The translations under genes were made by a program, and so were the position numbers. Below are positions 1 to 15,000 of a stretch of DNA of 64,000 nt, in pieces. Origin of the DNA: Auanema rhodensis. Lineage: Eukaryota > Animalia > Nematoda. How positions within the stretch are numbered: the stretch's first letter is position 1; every line of letters begins with the position of its first letter. The notes beneath the pieces were generated by a model. That model was not told the origin of the DNA and ran no database searches. It was given only the letters and a program-made list of their open reading frames with translations. The stretch lies in NCBI GenBank assembly GCA_964057225.1, contig OZ059894.1:3348001-3412000 (forward strand). Direction: 5' to 3'.

Positions 1-3000
1 AAAAAGTAGATGTTTTTAGATTCCTTTTTTCAAGGCAAAAACGATGGACAATGTTATTCAACGAAAAAAGTAAATCTTCAGGGTGAAAATCGAGGATACA
101 AGTGTGAACATATATCAGTTGATTTCTCGGTGCATTTTTAAGCTAGCGCAAATCTGATAACACAGATCGACGCAGCTCAAAAATCTACATCGAATGCACT
201 ATACTTCATTAAGAAATGCTCAATACCAAAATTAGTTATGATCGTTTGGAAAATGATGCATTACTGTATGTTGAGTTTCAATGTACACTCAACATTGCTT
301 CCAAAAACATTTTGACAAAAATTTTCCCGAAAAATTTCAAAATAATTTCACGAAAAGTAGATGTTTTTAGATTCCCTTTTTCGAGGCGAAGATGATGGAC
401 AATGTTATTCAGCGAAAAAATAAACTCTTCAGGGTGAAAATCGAGGATATAAGTGTGAACATATATCAGTTGATATCTCGGTGCATTTTTAAGCTAGCGC
501 AAATCTGATAACACAGATCGACGCAGCTCAAAAATCTACATCGAATGCACTATACTTCATTAAGAAATGCTCAATACCAAAATTAGTTATGATCGTTTGA
601 AAAATGATGCATTATTGTATGTTGAGTTTCCATGTACACTCAACATTGCTTCCAAAAACATTTTGACAAAAATTTTCCCGAAAAATTTCTAGATAATTTC
701 ACAAAAAGTAGATGTTTTTAGATTCCTTTTTTCAAGGCGAAGACGACGGACAATGTTATTCAACGTAAAAATTAGTTCTTTAGGGTGAAAATCGAGGATA
801 TAGGTGTGAACTTATATCAGTTGATATCTCGGTGCATTTTTAAGCTAGCGCAAATCTGATAACACAGATCGACGCAGCTTAAAAATCCGCATCGAATGGG
901 CTATACTACATTAAGAAACGCTTAATATAAAAATTAGTTATGATCGTTTGAAAAATGATGCATTAGTGTATGTTGAGTTTCCATGTACACTCAACATTGC
1001 TTCCAAAAACATTTTGACAAAAATTTTTTCGAAAAATTTCAAAATAGTTTAGCAAAAAGTAGATGTTTTTAGATTCCTTTTTTCAAGGCAAAAACGATGG
1101 ACAATGTTATTCAACGAAAAAAGTAAATCTTCAGGGTGAAAATCGAGGATATAAGTGTGAACATATATCAGTTGATATCTCGGTGCATTTTTAAGCTAGC
1201 GCAAATCTGATAACACAGATCGACGCAGCTCAAAAATCTACATCGAATGCACTATACTTCATTAAGAAATGCTCAATACAAAAATTAGTTATGATCGTTT
1301 AAAAAATGATGCATTATTGTATGTTGAGTTTCCATGTACACTCAACATTGCTTCCAAAAACATTTTGACAAAAATTTTCCCGAAAAATTTCAAAATAATT
1401 TCACGAAAAGTAGATGTTTTTAGATTCCCTTTTTCGAGGCAAAGATGATGGACAATGTTATTCAGCGAAAAAATAAACTCTTCAGGGTGAAAATCGAGGA
1501 TATAAGTGTGAACAAATATCAGTTGATATCTCGGTTCATTTTTAAGCTAGCGCAAATCTGATAACACAGATCGACGCAGCTCAAAAATCTACATCGAATG
1601 CACTATATTTCATTAAGAAATGCTCAATACAAAAATTAGTTATGATCGTTTGGAAAATGATGCATTACTGTATGTTGAGTTTCAATGTACACTCAACATT
1701 GCTTCCAAAAACATTTTGACAAAAATTTTCCCGAAAAATTTCAAAATAATTTCACGAAAAGTAGATGTTTTTAGATTCCTTTTTTCAAGGCGAAGACGAT
1801 GGACAATGTTATTCAGCGAAAAAATTAACTCTTCAGTGTGAAAATCGAGAAAAATGATGCATTACTGTATGTTGAGTTTCAATGTACACTCAACATTGCT
1901 TCCAAAAACATTTTGACAAAAATTTTCCCGAAAAATTTCAAAATAATTTCACGAAAAGTAGACGTTTATAGATTCCTTTTTTCAAGGCGAAGACGATAGA
2001 CAATGTTATTCAGCGAAAAAATTAACTCTCCAGGGTGAAAATCGAGGATATAAGTGTGAACCGATATCAGTTGATATCTCGGTGCATTTTTAAGCTAGCG
2101 CAAATATGATAACATAGATCGACGCAGCTTAAAAATCCGCATTGAATGCACTATACTACATTGAGAAAAGCTTAATACAAAAATTAGTTATGATCGTTTG
2201 AAAAATGATGCATTACTGTATGTTGAGTTTCCATGTACACTCAACATTGCTTCCAAAAACATTTTGACAAAAATTTTCCCGAAAAATTTCAAAATAATTT
2301 CACGAAAAGTAGATGTTTTTAGATTCCTTTTTTCAAGGCGAAGACGACGGACGATGTTATTCAACGTAAAAATTAGTTCTTTAGGGTGAAAATCGAGGAT
2401 ATAAGTTTGAACATATATCAGTTGATATCTCGGTGCATTTTTAAGCTAGCGCAAATCTGATAACACAGATCGACGCAGCTCAAAAATCTACATCGAATGC
2501 ACTATACTTCATTAAGAAATGCTCAAAACAAAAATTAGTTATGATCGTTTGAAAAATGATGCATTATTGTATGTTGAGTTTCCATGTACACTCAACATTG
2601 CTTCCAAAAACATTTTGACAAAAATTTTCCCGGAAAATTTCAAAATAATTTCACGAAAAGTAGATGTTTTTAGATTTCTTTTTTCGAGGCGAAGATGATG
2701 GACAATGTATTTCAGCGAAAAAATAAACTCTTCAGGGTGAAAATCGAGGATATAAGTGTGAACAAATATCAGTTGATATCTCGGTGCATTTTTAAGCTAG
2801 CGCAAATCTGATAACACAGATCGACGCAGCTCAAAAATCTACATAGAATGCACTATACTTCATTAAGAAATGCTCAATACAAAAATTAGTTATGATCGTT
2901 TGGAAAATGATGCATTACTGTATGTTGAGTTTCAATGTACACTCAACATTGCTTCCAAAAACATTTTGACAAAAGTTTTCCCGAAAAATTTCAAAATAAT

Positions 3001-6000
3001 TTCACGAAAAGTAGATGTTTTTAGATTCCTTTTTTCAAGGCAAAGACGATGGACAATGTTATTCAGCGAAAAAATTAACTCTTCAGTGTGAAAATCGAGG
3101 ATATAAGTGTGAACATATATCAGTTGATATCTCGGTGCATTTTTAAGCTAGCGCAAATCTGATAACACAGATCGACGCAGCTCAAAAATCTACATCGAAT
3201 GCACTATACTTCATTAAGAAATGCTCAATACCAAAATTAGTTATGATCGTTTGGAAAATGATGCATTACTGTATGTTGAGTTTCAATGTACACTCAACAT
3301 TGCTTCCAAAAACATTTTGACAAAAATTTTCCCGAAAAATTTCGAAATAATTTCACGAAAAGTATATGTTTTTAGATTCCTTTTTTCAAGGCGAAGACGA
3401 TAGACAATGTTATTCAGCGAAAAAATTAACTCTCCAGGGTGAAAATAGAGGATATAAGTGTGAACCGATATCAGTTGATATCTCGGTGCATTTTTAAGCT
3501 AGCGCAAATATGATAACATAGATCGACGCAGCTTAAAAATCCGCATTGAATGCACTATACTACATTGAGAAAAGCTTAATACAAAAATTAGTTATGATCG
3601 TTTGAAAAATGATGCATTACTGTATGTTGAGTTTCCATGTACACTCAACATTGCTTCCAAAAACATTTTGACAAAAATTTTCCCGAAAAATTTCTAGATA
3701 ATTTCACAAAAAGTAGATGTTTTTAGATTCCTTTTTTCAAGGCGAAGACGACGGACAATGTTATTCAACGTAAAAATTAGTTCTTTAGGGTGAAAATCGA
3801 GGATATAGGTGTGAACTTATATCAGTTGATATCTCGGTGCATTTTTAAGCTAGCGCAAATCTGATAACACAGATCGACGCAGCTTAAAAATCCGCATCGA
3901 ATGCACTATACTACATTAAGAAACGCTTAATATAAAAATTAGTTATGATCGTTTGAAAAATGATGCATTAGTGTATGTTGAGTTTCCATGTACACTCAAC
4001 ATTGCTTCCAAAAACATTTTGACAAAAATTTTTTCGAAAAATTTCAAAATAGTTTAGCAAAAAGTAGATGTTTTTAGATTTCTTTTTTCAAGGCAAAAAC
4101 GATGGACAATGTTATTCAACGAAAAAAGTAAATCTTCAGGGTGAAAATCGAGGATACAAGTGTGAACATATATCAGTTGATTTCTCGGTGCATTTTTAAG
4201 CTAGCGCAAATATGATAACATAGATCGACGCAGCTTAAAAATCCGCATTGAATGCACTATACTATATTGAGAAAAGCTTAATACAAAAATTAGTTATGAT
4301 CGTTTGAAAAATGATGCATTACTGTATGTTGAGTTTCAATGTACACTCAACATTGCTTCCAAAAACATTTTGACAAAAATTTTCCCGGAAAATTTCAAAA
4401 TAATTTCAAGAAAAGTAGATGTTTTTAGATTCCTTTTTTCAAGGCGAAGACGATGGACAATGTTATTCAGCGAAAAAATTAACTCTTCAGTGTGAAAATC
4501 GAGAAAAATGATGCATTACTGTATGTTGAGTTTCAATGTACACTCAACATTGCTTCCAAAAACATTTTGACAAAAATTTTCCCGGAAAATTTCAAAATAA
4601 TTTCACGAAAAGTAGATGTTTTTAGATTCCTTTTTTCAAGGCGAAGACGATGGACAATGTTATTCAGCGAAAAAATTAACTCTTCAGTGTGAAAATCGAG
4701 AAAAATGATGCATTACTGTATGTTGAGTTTCAATGTACACTCAACATTGCTTCCAAAAACATTTTGACAAAAATTTTCCCGGAAAATTTCAAAATAATTT
4801 CAAGAAAAGTAGATGTTTTTAGATTCCTTTTTTCAAGGCGAAGACGATGGACAATGTTATTCAGCGAAAAAATTAACTCTTCAGTGTGAAAATCGAGAAA
4901 AATGATGCATTACTGTATGTTGAGTTTCAATGTACACTCAACATTGCTTCCAAAAACATTTTGACAAAAATTTTTTCGAAAAATTTCAAAATAGTTTAGC
5001 AAAAAGTAGATGTTTTTAGATTTCTTTTTTCAAGGCAAAAACGATGGACAATGTTATTCAACGAAAAAAGTAAATCTTCAGGGTGAAAATCGAGGATACA
5101 AGTGTGAACATATATCAGTTGATTTCTCGGTGCATTTTTAAGCTAGCGCAAATATGATAACATAGATCGACGCAGCTTAAAAATCCGCATTGAATGCACT
5201 ATACTTCATTAAGAAATGCTCAATACAAAAATTAGTTATGATCGTTTAAAAAATGATGCATTATTGTATGTTGAGTTTCCATGTACACTCAACATTGCTT
5301 CCAAAAACATTTTGACAAAAATTTTCCCGGAAAATTTCAAAATAATTTCACGAAAAGTAGATGTTTTTAGATTTCTTTTTTCGAGGCGAAGATGATGGAC
5401 AATGTTATTCAGCGAAAAAATAAACTCTTCAGGGTGAAAATCGAGGATATAAGTGTGAACAAATATCAGTTGATATCTCGGTTCATTTTTAAGCTAGCGC
5501 AAATCTGATAACACAGATCGACGCAGCTCAAAAATCTACATCGAATGCACTATATTTCATTAAGAAATGCTCAATACAAAAATTAGTTATGATCGTTTGG
5601 AAAATGATGCATTACTGTATGTTGAGTTTCAATGTACACTCAACATTGCTTCCAAAAACATTTTGACAAAAATTTTCCCGAAAAATTTCAAAATAATTTC
5701 ACGAAAAGTAGACGTTTATAGATTCCTTTTTTCAAGGCGAAGACGATAGACAATGTTATTCAGCGAAAAAATTAACTCTCCAGGGTGAAAATCGAGGATA
5801 TAAGTGTGAACCGATATCAGTTGATATCTCGGTGCATTTTTAAGCTAGCGCAAATATGATAACATAGATCGACGCAGCTTAAAAATCCGCATTGAATGCA
5901 CTATACTACATTGAGAAAAGCTTAATACAAAAATTAGTTATGATCGTTTGAAAAATGATGCATTACTGTATGTTGAGTTTCCATGTACACTCAACATTGC

Positions 6001-9000
6001 TTCCAAAAACATTTTGACAAAAATTTTCCCGAAAAATTTCAAAATAATTTCACGAAAAGTAGATGTTTTTAGATTCCTTTTTTCAAGGCGAAGACGACGG
6101 ACGATGTTATTCAACGTAAAAATTAGTTCTTTAGGGTGAAAATCGAGGATATAAGTTTGAACATATATCAGTTGATATCTCGGTGCATTTTTAAGCTAGC
6201 GCAAATCTGATAACACAGATCGACGCAGCTCAAAAATCTACATCGAATGCACTATACTTCATTAAGAAATGCTCAAAACAAAAATTAGTTATGATCGTTT
6301 GAAAAATGATGCATTATTGTATGTTGAGTTTCCATGTACACTCAACATTGCTTCCAAAAACATTTTGACAAAAATTTTCCCGGAAAATTTCAAAATAATT
6401 TCACGAAAAGTAGATGTTTTTAGATTTCTTTTTTCGAGGCGAAGATGATGGACAATGTATTTCAGCGAAAAAATAAACTCTTCAGGGTGAAAATCGAGGA
6501 TATAAGTGTGAACAAATATCAGTTGATATCTCGGTGCATTTTTAAGCTAGCGCAAATCTGATAACACAGATCGACGCAGCTCAAAAATCTACATAGAATG
6601 CACTATACTTCATTAAGAAATGCTCAATACAAAAATTAGTTATGATCGTTTGGAAAATGATGCATTACTGTATGTTGAGTTTCAATGTACACTCAACATT
6701 GCTTCCAAAAACATTTTGACAAAAGTTTTCCCGAAAAATTTCAAAATAATTTCACGAAAAGTAGATGTTTTTAGATTCCTTTTTTCAAGGCAAAGACGAT
6801 GGACAATGTTATTCAGCGAAAAAATTAACTCTTCAGTGTGAAAATCGAGGATATAAGTGTGAACATATATCAGTCGATATCTCGGTGCATTTTTAAGCTA
6901 GCGCAAATCTGATAACACAGATCGACGCAGCTCAAAAATCTACATCGAATGCACTATACTTCATTAAGAAATGCTCAATACCAAAATTAGTTATGATCGT
7001 TTGGAAAATGATGCATTACTGTATGTTGAGTTTCAATGTACACTCAACATTGCTTCCAAAAACATTTTGACAAAAATTTTCCCGAAAAATTTCGAAATAA
7101 TTTCACGAAAAGTATATGTTTTTAGATTCCTTTTTTCAAGGCGAAGACGATAGACAATGTTATTCAGCGAAAAAATTAACTCTCCAGGGTGAAAATAGAG
7201 GATATAAGTGTGAACCGATATCAGTTGATATCTCGGTGCATTTTTAAGCTAGCGCAAATATGATAACATAGATCGACGCAGCTTAAAAATCCGCATTGAA
7301 TGCACTATACTACATTGAGAAAAGCTTAATACAAAAATTAGTTATGATCGTTTGAAAAATGATGCATTACTGTATGTTGAGTTTCCATGTACACTCAACA
7401 TTGCTTCCAAAAACATTTTGACAAAAATTTTCCCGAAAAATTTCTAGATAATTTCACAAAAAGTAGATGTTTTTAGATTCCTTTTTTCAAGGCGAAGACG
7501 ACGGACAATGTTATTCAACGTAAAAATTAGTTCTTTAGGGTGAAAATCGAGGATATAGGTGTGAACTTATATCAGTTGATATCTCGGTGCATTTTTAAGC
7601 TAGCGCAAATCTGATAACACAGATCGACGCAGCTTAAAAATCCGCATCGAATGCACTATACTACATTAAGAAACGCTTAATATAAAAATTAGTTATGATC
7701 GTTTGAAAAATGATGCATTAGTGTATGTTGAGTTTCCATGTACACTCAACATTGCTTCCAAAAACATTTTGACAAAAATTTTTTCGAAAAATTTCAAAAT
7801 AGTTTAGCAAAAAGTAGATGTTTTTAGATTTCTTTTTTCAAGGCAAAAACGATGGACAATGTTATTCAACGAAAAAAGTAAATCTTCAGGGTGAAAATCG
7901 AGGATACAAGTGTGAACATATATCAGTTGATTTCTCGGTGCATTTTTAAGCTAGCGCAAATATGATAACATAGATCGACGCAGCTTAAAAATCCGCATTG
8001 AATGCACTATACTATATTGAGAAAAGCTTAATACAAAAATTAGTTATGATCGTTTGAAAAATGATGCATTACTGTATGTTGAGTTTCAATGTACACTCAA
8101 CATTGCTTCCAAAAACATTTTGACAAAAATTTTCCCGGAAAATTTCAAAATAATTTCACGAAAAGTAGATGTTTTTAGATTCCTTTTTTCAAGGCGAAGA
8201 CGATGGACAATGTTATTCAGCGAAAAAATTAACTCTTCAGTGTGAAAATCGAGAAAAATGATGCATTACTGTATGTTGAGTTTCAATGTACACTCAACAT
8301 TGCTTCCAAAAACATTTTGACAAAAATTTTCCCGAAAAATTTCAAAATAATTTCACGAAAAGTAGATGTTTTTAGATTCCCTTTTTCGGGGCGAAGATGA
8401 TGGACAATGTTATTCAGCGAAAAAATAAACTCTTCAGGGTGAAAATCGAGGATATAAGTGTGAACATATATCAGTTGATATCTCGGTGCATTTTTAAGCT
8501 AGCGCAAATCTGATAACACAGATGGACGCAGCTCAAAAATCTACATCGAATGCACTATACTTCATTAAGAAATGCTCAATACAAAAATTAGTTATGATCG
8601 TTTGAAAAATGATGCATTATTGTATGTTGAGTTTCCATGTACACTCAACATTGCTTCCAAAAACATTTTGACAAAAATTTTCCCGGAAAATTTCAGAATA
8701 ATTTCACGAAAAGTAGATGTTTTTAGATTTCTTTTTTCGAGGCGAAGATGATGGACAATGTTATTCAGCGAAAAAATAAACTCTTCAGGGTGAAAATCGA
8801 GGATATAAGTGTGAACATATATCAGTTGATATCTCGGTGCATTTTTAAGCTAGCGCAAATCTGATAACACAGATCGACGCAGCTCAAAAATCTACATCGA
8901 ATGCACTATACTTCATTAAGAAATGCTCAATACCAAAATTAGTTATGATCGTTTGAAAAATGATGCATTATTGTATGTTGAGTTTCCATGTACACTCAAC

Positions 9001-12000
9001 ATTGCTTCCAAAAACATTTTGACAAAAATTTTCCCGGAAAATTTCGAAATAATTTCACGAAAAGTAGATGTTTTTAGATTTCTTTTTTCGAGGCGAAGAT
9101 GATGGACAATGTTATTCAGCGAAAAAATAAACTCTTCAGGGTGAAAATCGAGGATATAAGTGTGAACAAATATCAGTTGATATCTCGGTTAATTTTTAAG
9201 CTAGCGCAAATCTGATAACACAGATCGACGCAGCTCAAAAATCTACATCGAATGCACTATACTTCATTAAGAAATGCTCAATACAAAAATTAGTTATGAT
9301 CGTTTGGAAAATGATGCATTACTGTATGTTGAGTTTCAATGTACACTCAACATTGCTTCCAAAAACATTTTGACAAAAATTTTCCCGAAAAATTTCAAAA
9401 TAATTTCACGAAAAGTAGATGTTTTTAGATTCCTTTTTTCAAGGCGAAGACGATGGACAATGTTATTCAGCGAAAAAATTAACCCTTCAGTGTGAAAATC
9501 GAGAAAAATGATGCATTACTGTATGTTGAGTTTCAATGTACACTCAACATTGCTTCCAAAAACATTTTGACAAAAATTTTCCCGAAAAATTTCAAAATAA
9601 TTTCACGAAAAGTAGATGTTTTTAGATTTCTTTTTTCGAGGCGAAGATGATGGACAATGTTATTCAGCGAAAAAATAAACTCTTCAGGGTGAAAATCGAG
9701 GATATAAGTGTGAACATATATCAGTTGATATCTCGGTGCATTTTTAAGCTAGCGCAAATCTGATAACACAGATGGACGCAGCTCAAAAATCTACATCGAA
9801 TGCACTATACTTCATTAAGAAATGCTCAATACCAAAATTAGTTATGATCGTTTGAAAAATGATGCATTATTGTATGTTGAGTTTCCATGTACACTCAACA
9901 TTGCTTCCAAAAACATTTTGACAAAAATTTTCCCGGAAAATTTCGAAATAATTTCACGAAAAGTAGATGTTTTTAGATTTCTTTTTTCGAGGCGAAGATG
10001 ATGGACAATGTTATTCAGCGAAAAAATAAACTCTTCAGGGTGAAAATCGAGGATATAAGTGTGAACAAATATCAGTTGATATCTCGGTTAATTTTTAAGC
10101 TAGCGCAAATCTGATAACACAGATCGACGCAGCTCAAAAATCTACATCGAATGCACTATACTTCATTAAGAAATGCTCAATACAAAAATTAGTTATGATC
10201 GTTTGGAAAATGATGCATTACTGTATGTTGAGTTTCAATGTACACTCAACATTGCTTCCAAAAACATTTTGACAAAAATTTTCCCGAAAAATTTCAAAAT
10301 AATTTCACGAAAAGTAGATGTTTTTAGATTCCTTTTTTCAAGGCGAAGACGATGGACAATGTTATTCAGCGAAAAAATTAACCCTTCAGTGTGAAAATCG
10401 AGAAAAATGATGCATTACTGTATGTTGAGTTTCAATGTACACTCAACATTGCTTCCAAAAACATTTTGACAAAAATTTTCCCGAAAAATTTCAAAATAAT
10501 TTCACGAAAAGTAGATGTTTTTAGATTTCTTTTTTCGAGGCGAAGATGATGGACAATGTTATTCAGCGAAAAAATAAACTCTTCAGGGTGAAAATCGAGG
10601 ATATAAGTGTGAACATATATCAGTTGATATCTCGGTGCATTTTTAAGCTAGCGCAAATCTGATAACACAGATCGACGCAGCTCAAAAATCTACATCGAAT
10701 GCACTATACTTCATTAAGAAATGCTCAATACCAAAATTAGTTATGATCGTTTGGAAAATGATGCATTACTGTATGTTGAGTTTCAATGTACACTCAACAT
10801 TGCTTTCAAAAACATTTTGACAAAAATTTTCCCGAAAAATTTCGAAATAATTTCACGAAAAGTAGATGTTTTTAGACTCCTTTTTTTAAGGCAAAGACGA
10901 TGGACAATGTTATTCAACGAAAAAATTAATTCTTCAGGGTGAAAATCGAGGATATAAGTGTGAACTTATATCAGTTGATATCTCGGTGCATTTTTAAGCT
11001 AGCGCAAATATGATAACATTGATCGACGCAGCTTAAAAATCCGCATTGAATGCACTATACTACATTGAGAAAAGCTTAATACAAAAATTAGTTATGATCA
11101 TTTGAAAAATGATGCATTAGTGTATGTTGAGTTTCCATGTACACTCAACATTGCTTCCAAAAACATTTTGATAAAAATTTTTTCGAAAAATTTCAAAATA
11201 GTTTAGCAAAAAGTAGATGTTTTTAGATTCCTTTTTTCAAGGCAAAAACGATGGACAATGTTATTCAACGAAAAAAGTAAATCTTCAGGGTGAAAATCGA
11301 GGATACAAGTGTGAACATATATCAGTTGATTTCTCGGTGCATTTTTAAGCTAGCGCAAATATGATAACATAGATCGACGCAGCTTAAAAATCCGCATTGA
11401 ATGCACTATACTATATTGAGAAAAGCTTAATACAAAAATTAGTTATGATCGTTTGAAAAATGATGCATTATTGTGTGTTGAGTTTCCATGTACACTCAAC
11501 ATTGCTTCCAAAAACATTTTGACAAAAATTTTCCCGGAAAATTTCAAAATAATTTCACGAAAAGTAGATGTTTTTAGATTTCTTTTTTCGAGGCGAAGAT
11601 GATGGACAATGTTATTCAGCGAAAAAATTAACTCTTCAGTGTGAAAATCGAGGATATAAGTGTGAACATATATCAGTTGATATCTCGGTGCATTTTTAAG
11701 CTAGCGCAAATCTGATAACACAGATCGACGCAGCTCAAAAATCTACATCGAATGCACTATACTTCATTAAAAAATGCTCAATACAAAAATTAGTTATGAT
11801 CGTTTGAAAAATGATGCATTATTGTATGTTGAGTTTCCATGTACACTCAACATTGCTTCCAAAAACATTTAGACAAAAATTTTCCCGAAAAATTTCAAAA
11901 TAATTTCACAAAAAGTAGATGTTTTTAGATTTCTTTTTTCAAGGCGAAGACGATGGACAATGTTATTCAGCGAAAAAATTAACTCTTCAGTGTGAAAATC

Positions 12001-15000
12001 GAGAAAAATGATGCATTACTGTATGTTGAGTTTCAATGTACACTCAACATTGCTTCCAAAAACATTTTGACAAAAATTTTCCCGAAAAATTTCAAAATAA
12101 TTTCACGAAAAATAGATGTTTTTAGATTTTTTTTTTCGAGGCGAAGATGATGGACAATGTTATTCAGCGAAAAAATAAACTCTTCAGGGTGAAAATCGAG
12201 GATATAAGTGTGAACATATATCAGTTGATATCTCGGTGCATTTTTAAGCTAGCGCAAATCTGATAACACAGATCGACGCAGCTCAAAAATCTACATCGAA
12301 TGCACTATACTTCATTAAGAAATGCTCAATACCAAAATTAGTTATGATCGTTTGGAAAATGATGCATTACTGTATGTTGAGTTTCAATGTACACTCAACA
12401 TTGCTTTCAAAAACATTTTGACAAAAATTTTCCCGAAAAATTTCGAAATAATTTCACGAAAAGTAGATGTTTTTAGATTCCTTTTTTCAAGGCAAAGACG
12501 ATGGACAATGTTATTCAACGAAAAAATTAATTCTTCAGGGTGAAAATCGAGGATATAAGTGTGAACTTATATCAGTTGATATCTCGGTGCATTTTTAAGC
12601 TAGCGCAAATATGATAACATAGATCGACGCAGCTTAAAAATCCGCATTGAATGCACTATACTACATTGAGAAAAGCTTAATACAAAAATTAGTTATGATC
12701 GTTTGAAAAATGATGCATTACTGTATGTTGAGTTTCCATGTACACTCAACATTGCTTCCAAAAACATTTTGACAAAAATTTTCCCGAAAAATTTCTAGAT
12801 AATTTCACAAAAAGTAGATGTTTTTAGATTCCTTTTTTCAAGGCGAAGACGACGGACAATGTTATTCAACGTAAAAATTAGTTCTTTAGGGTGAAAATCG
12901 AGAAAAATGATGCATTACTGTATGTTGAGTTTCAATGTACACTCAACATTGCTTCCAAAAACATTTTGACAAAAATTTTCCCGAAAAATTTCAAAATAAT
13001 TTCACGAAAAGTAGATGTTTTTAGATTCCCTTTTTCGAGGCGAAGATGATGGACAATGTTATTCAGCGAAAAAATAAACTCTTCAGGGTGAAAATCGAGG
13101 ATATAAGTGTGAACATATATCAGTTGATATCTCGGTGCATTTTTAAGCTAGCGCAAATCTGATAACACAGATCGACGCAGCTTAAAAATCCGCATCGAAT
13201 GCACTATACTACATTGAGAAACGCTTAATACAAAAATTAGTTATGATCGTTTGAAAAATGATGCATTAGTGTATGTTGAGTTTCAATGTACACTCAACAT
13301 TGCTTCCAAAAACATTTTGACAAAAATTTTCCCGGAAAATTTCAAAATAATTTCACGAAAAGTAGATGTTTTTAGATTCCTTTTTTCAAGGCGAAGACGA
13401 TGGACAATGTTATTCAGCGAAAAAATTAACTCTTCAGTGTGAAAATCGAGGATATAAGTGTGAACTTATATCAGTTGATATCTCGGTGCATTTTTAAGCT
13501 AGCGCAAATATGATAACATAGATCGACGCAGCTTAAAAATCCGCATTGAATGCACTATACTACATTGAGAAAAGCTTAATACAAAAATTAGTTATGATCG
13601 TTTGAAAAATGATGCATTACTGTATGTTGAGTTTCCATGTACACTCAACATTGCTTCCAAAAACATTTTGACAAAAATTTTCCCGAAAAATTTCTAGATA
13701 ATTTCACAAAAAGTAGATGTTTTTAGATTCCTTTTTTCAAGGCGAAGACGACGGACAATGTTATTCAACGTAAAAATTAGTTCTTTAGGGTGAAAATCGA
13801 GAAAAATGATGCATTACTGTATGTTGAGTTTCAATGTACACTCAACATTGCTTCCAAAAACATTTTGACAAAAATTTTCCCGAAAAATTTCAAAAAAATT
13901 TCACGAAAAGTAGATGTTTTTAGATTCCCTTTTTCGATGCGAAGATGATGGACAATGTTATTCAGCGAAAAAATAAACTCTTCAGGGTGAAAATCGAGGA
14001 TATAAGTGTGAACATATATCAGTTGATATCTCGGTGCATTTTTAAGCTAGCGCAAATCTGATAACACAGATCGACGCAGCTCAACAATCTACATCGAATG
14101 CACTATGCTTCATTGAGAAATGCTCAATACAAAAATTAGTTATGATCGTTTGAAAAATGATGCATTATTGTATGTTGAGTTTCCATGTACACTCAACATT
14201 GCTTCCAAAAACATTTTGATAAAAATTTTTTCGAAAAATTTCAAAATAGTTTAGCAAAAAGTAGATGTTTTTAGATTCCTTTTTTCAAGGCAAAAACGAT
14301 GGACAATGTTATTCAACGAAAAAAGTAAATCTTCAGGGTGAAAATCGAGGATACAAGTGTGAACATATATCAGTTGATTTCTCGGTGCATTTTTAAGCTA
14401 GCGCAAATCTGATAACACAGATCGACGCAGCTCAAAAATCTACATCGAATGCACTATACTTCATTAAGAAATGCTCAATACCAAAATTAGTTATGATCGT
14501 TTGGAAAATGATGCATTACTGTATGTTGAGTTTCAATGTACACTCAACATTGCTTCCAAAAACATTTTGACAAAAATTTTCCCGGAAAATTTCAAAATAA
14601 TTTCACGAAAAGTAGATGTTTTTAGATTTCTTTTTTCGAGGCGAAGATGATGGACAATGTTATTCAGCGAAAAAATTAACTCTTCAGTGTGAAAATCGAG
14701 GATATAAGTGTGAACATATATCAGTTGATATCTCGGTGCATTTTTAAGCTAGCGCAAATCTGATAACACAGATCGACGCAGCTCAAAAATCTACATCGAA
14801 TGCACTATACTTCATTAAAAAATGCTCAATACAAAAATTAGTTATGATCGTTTGAAAAATGATGCATTATTGTATGTTGAGTTTCCATGTACACTCAACA
14901 TTGCTTCCAAAAACATTTAGACAAAAATTTTCCCGAAAAATTTCAAAATAATTTCACGAAAAGTAGATGTTTTTAGATTCCTTTTTTCAAGGCGAAGACG

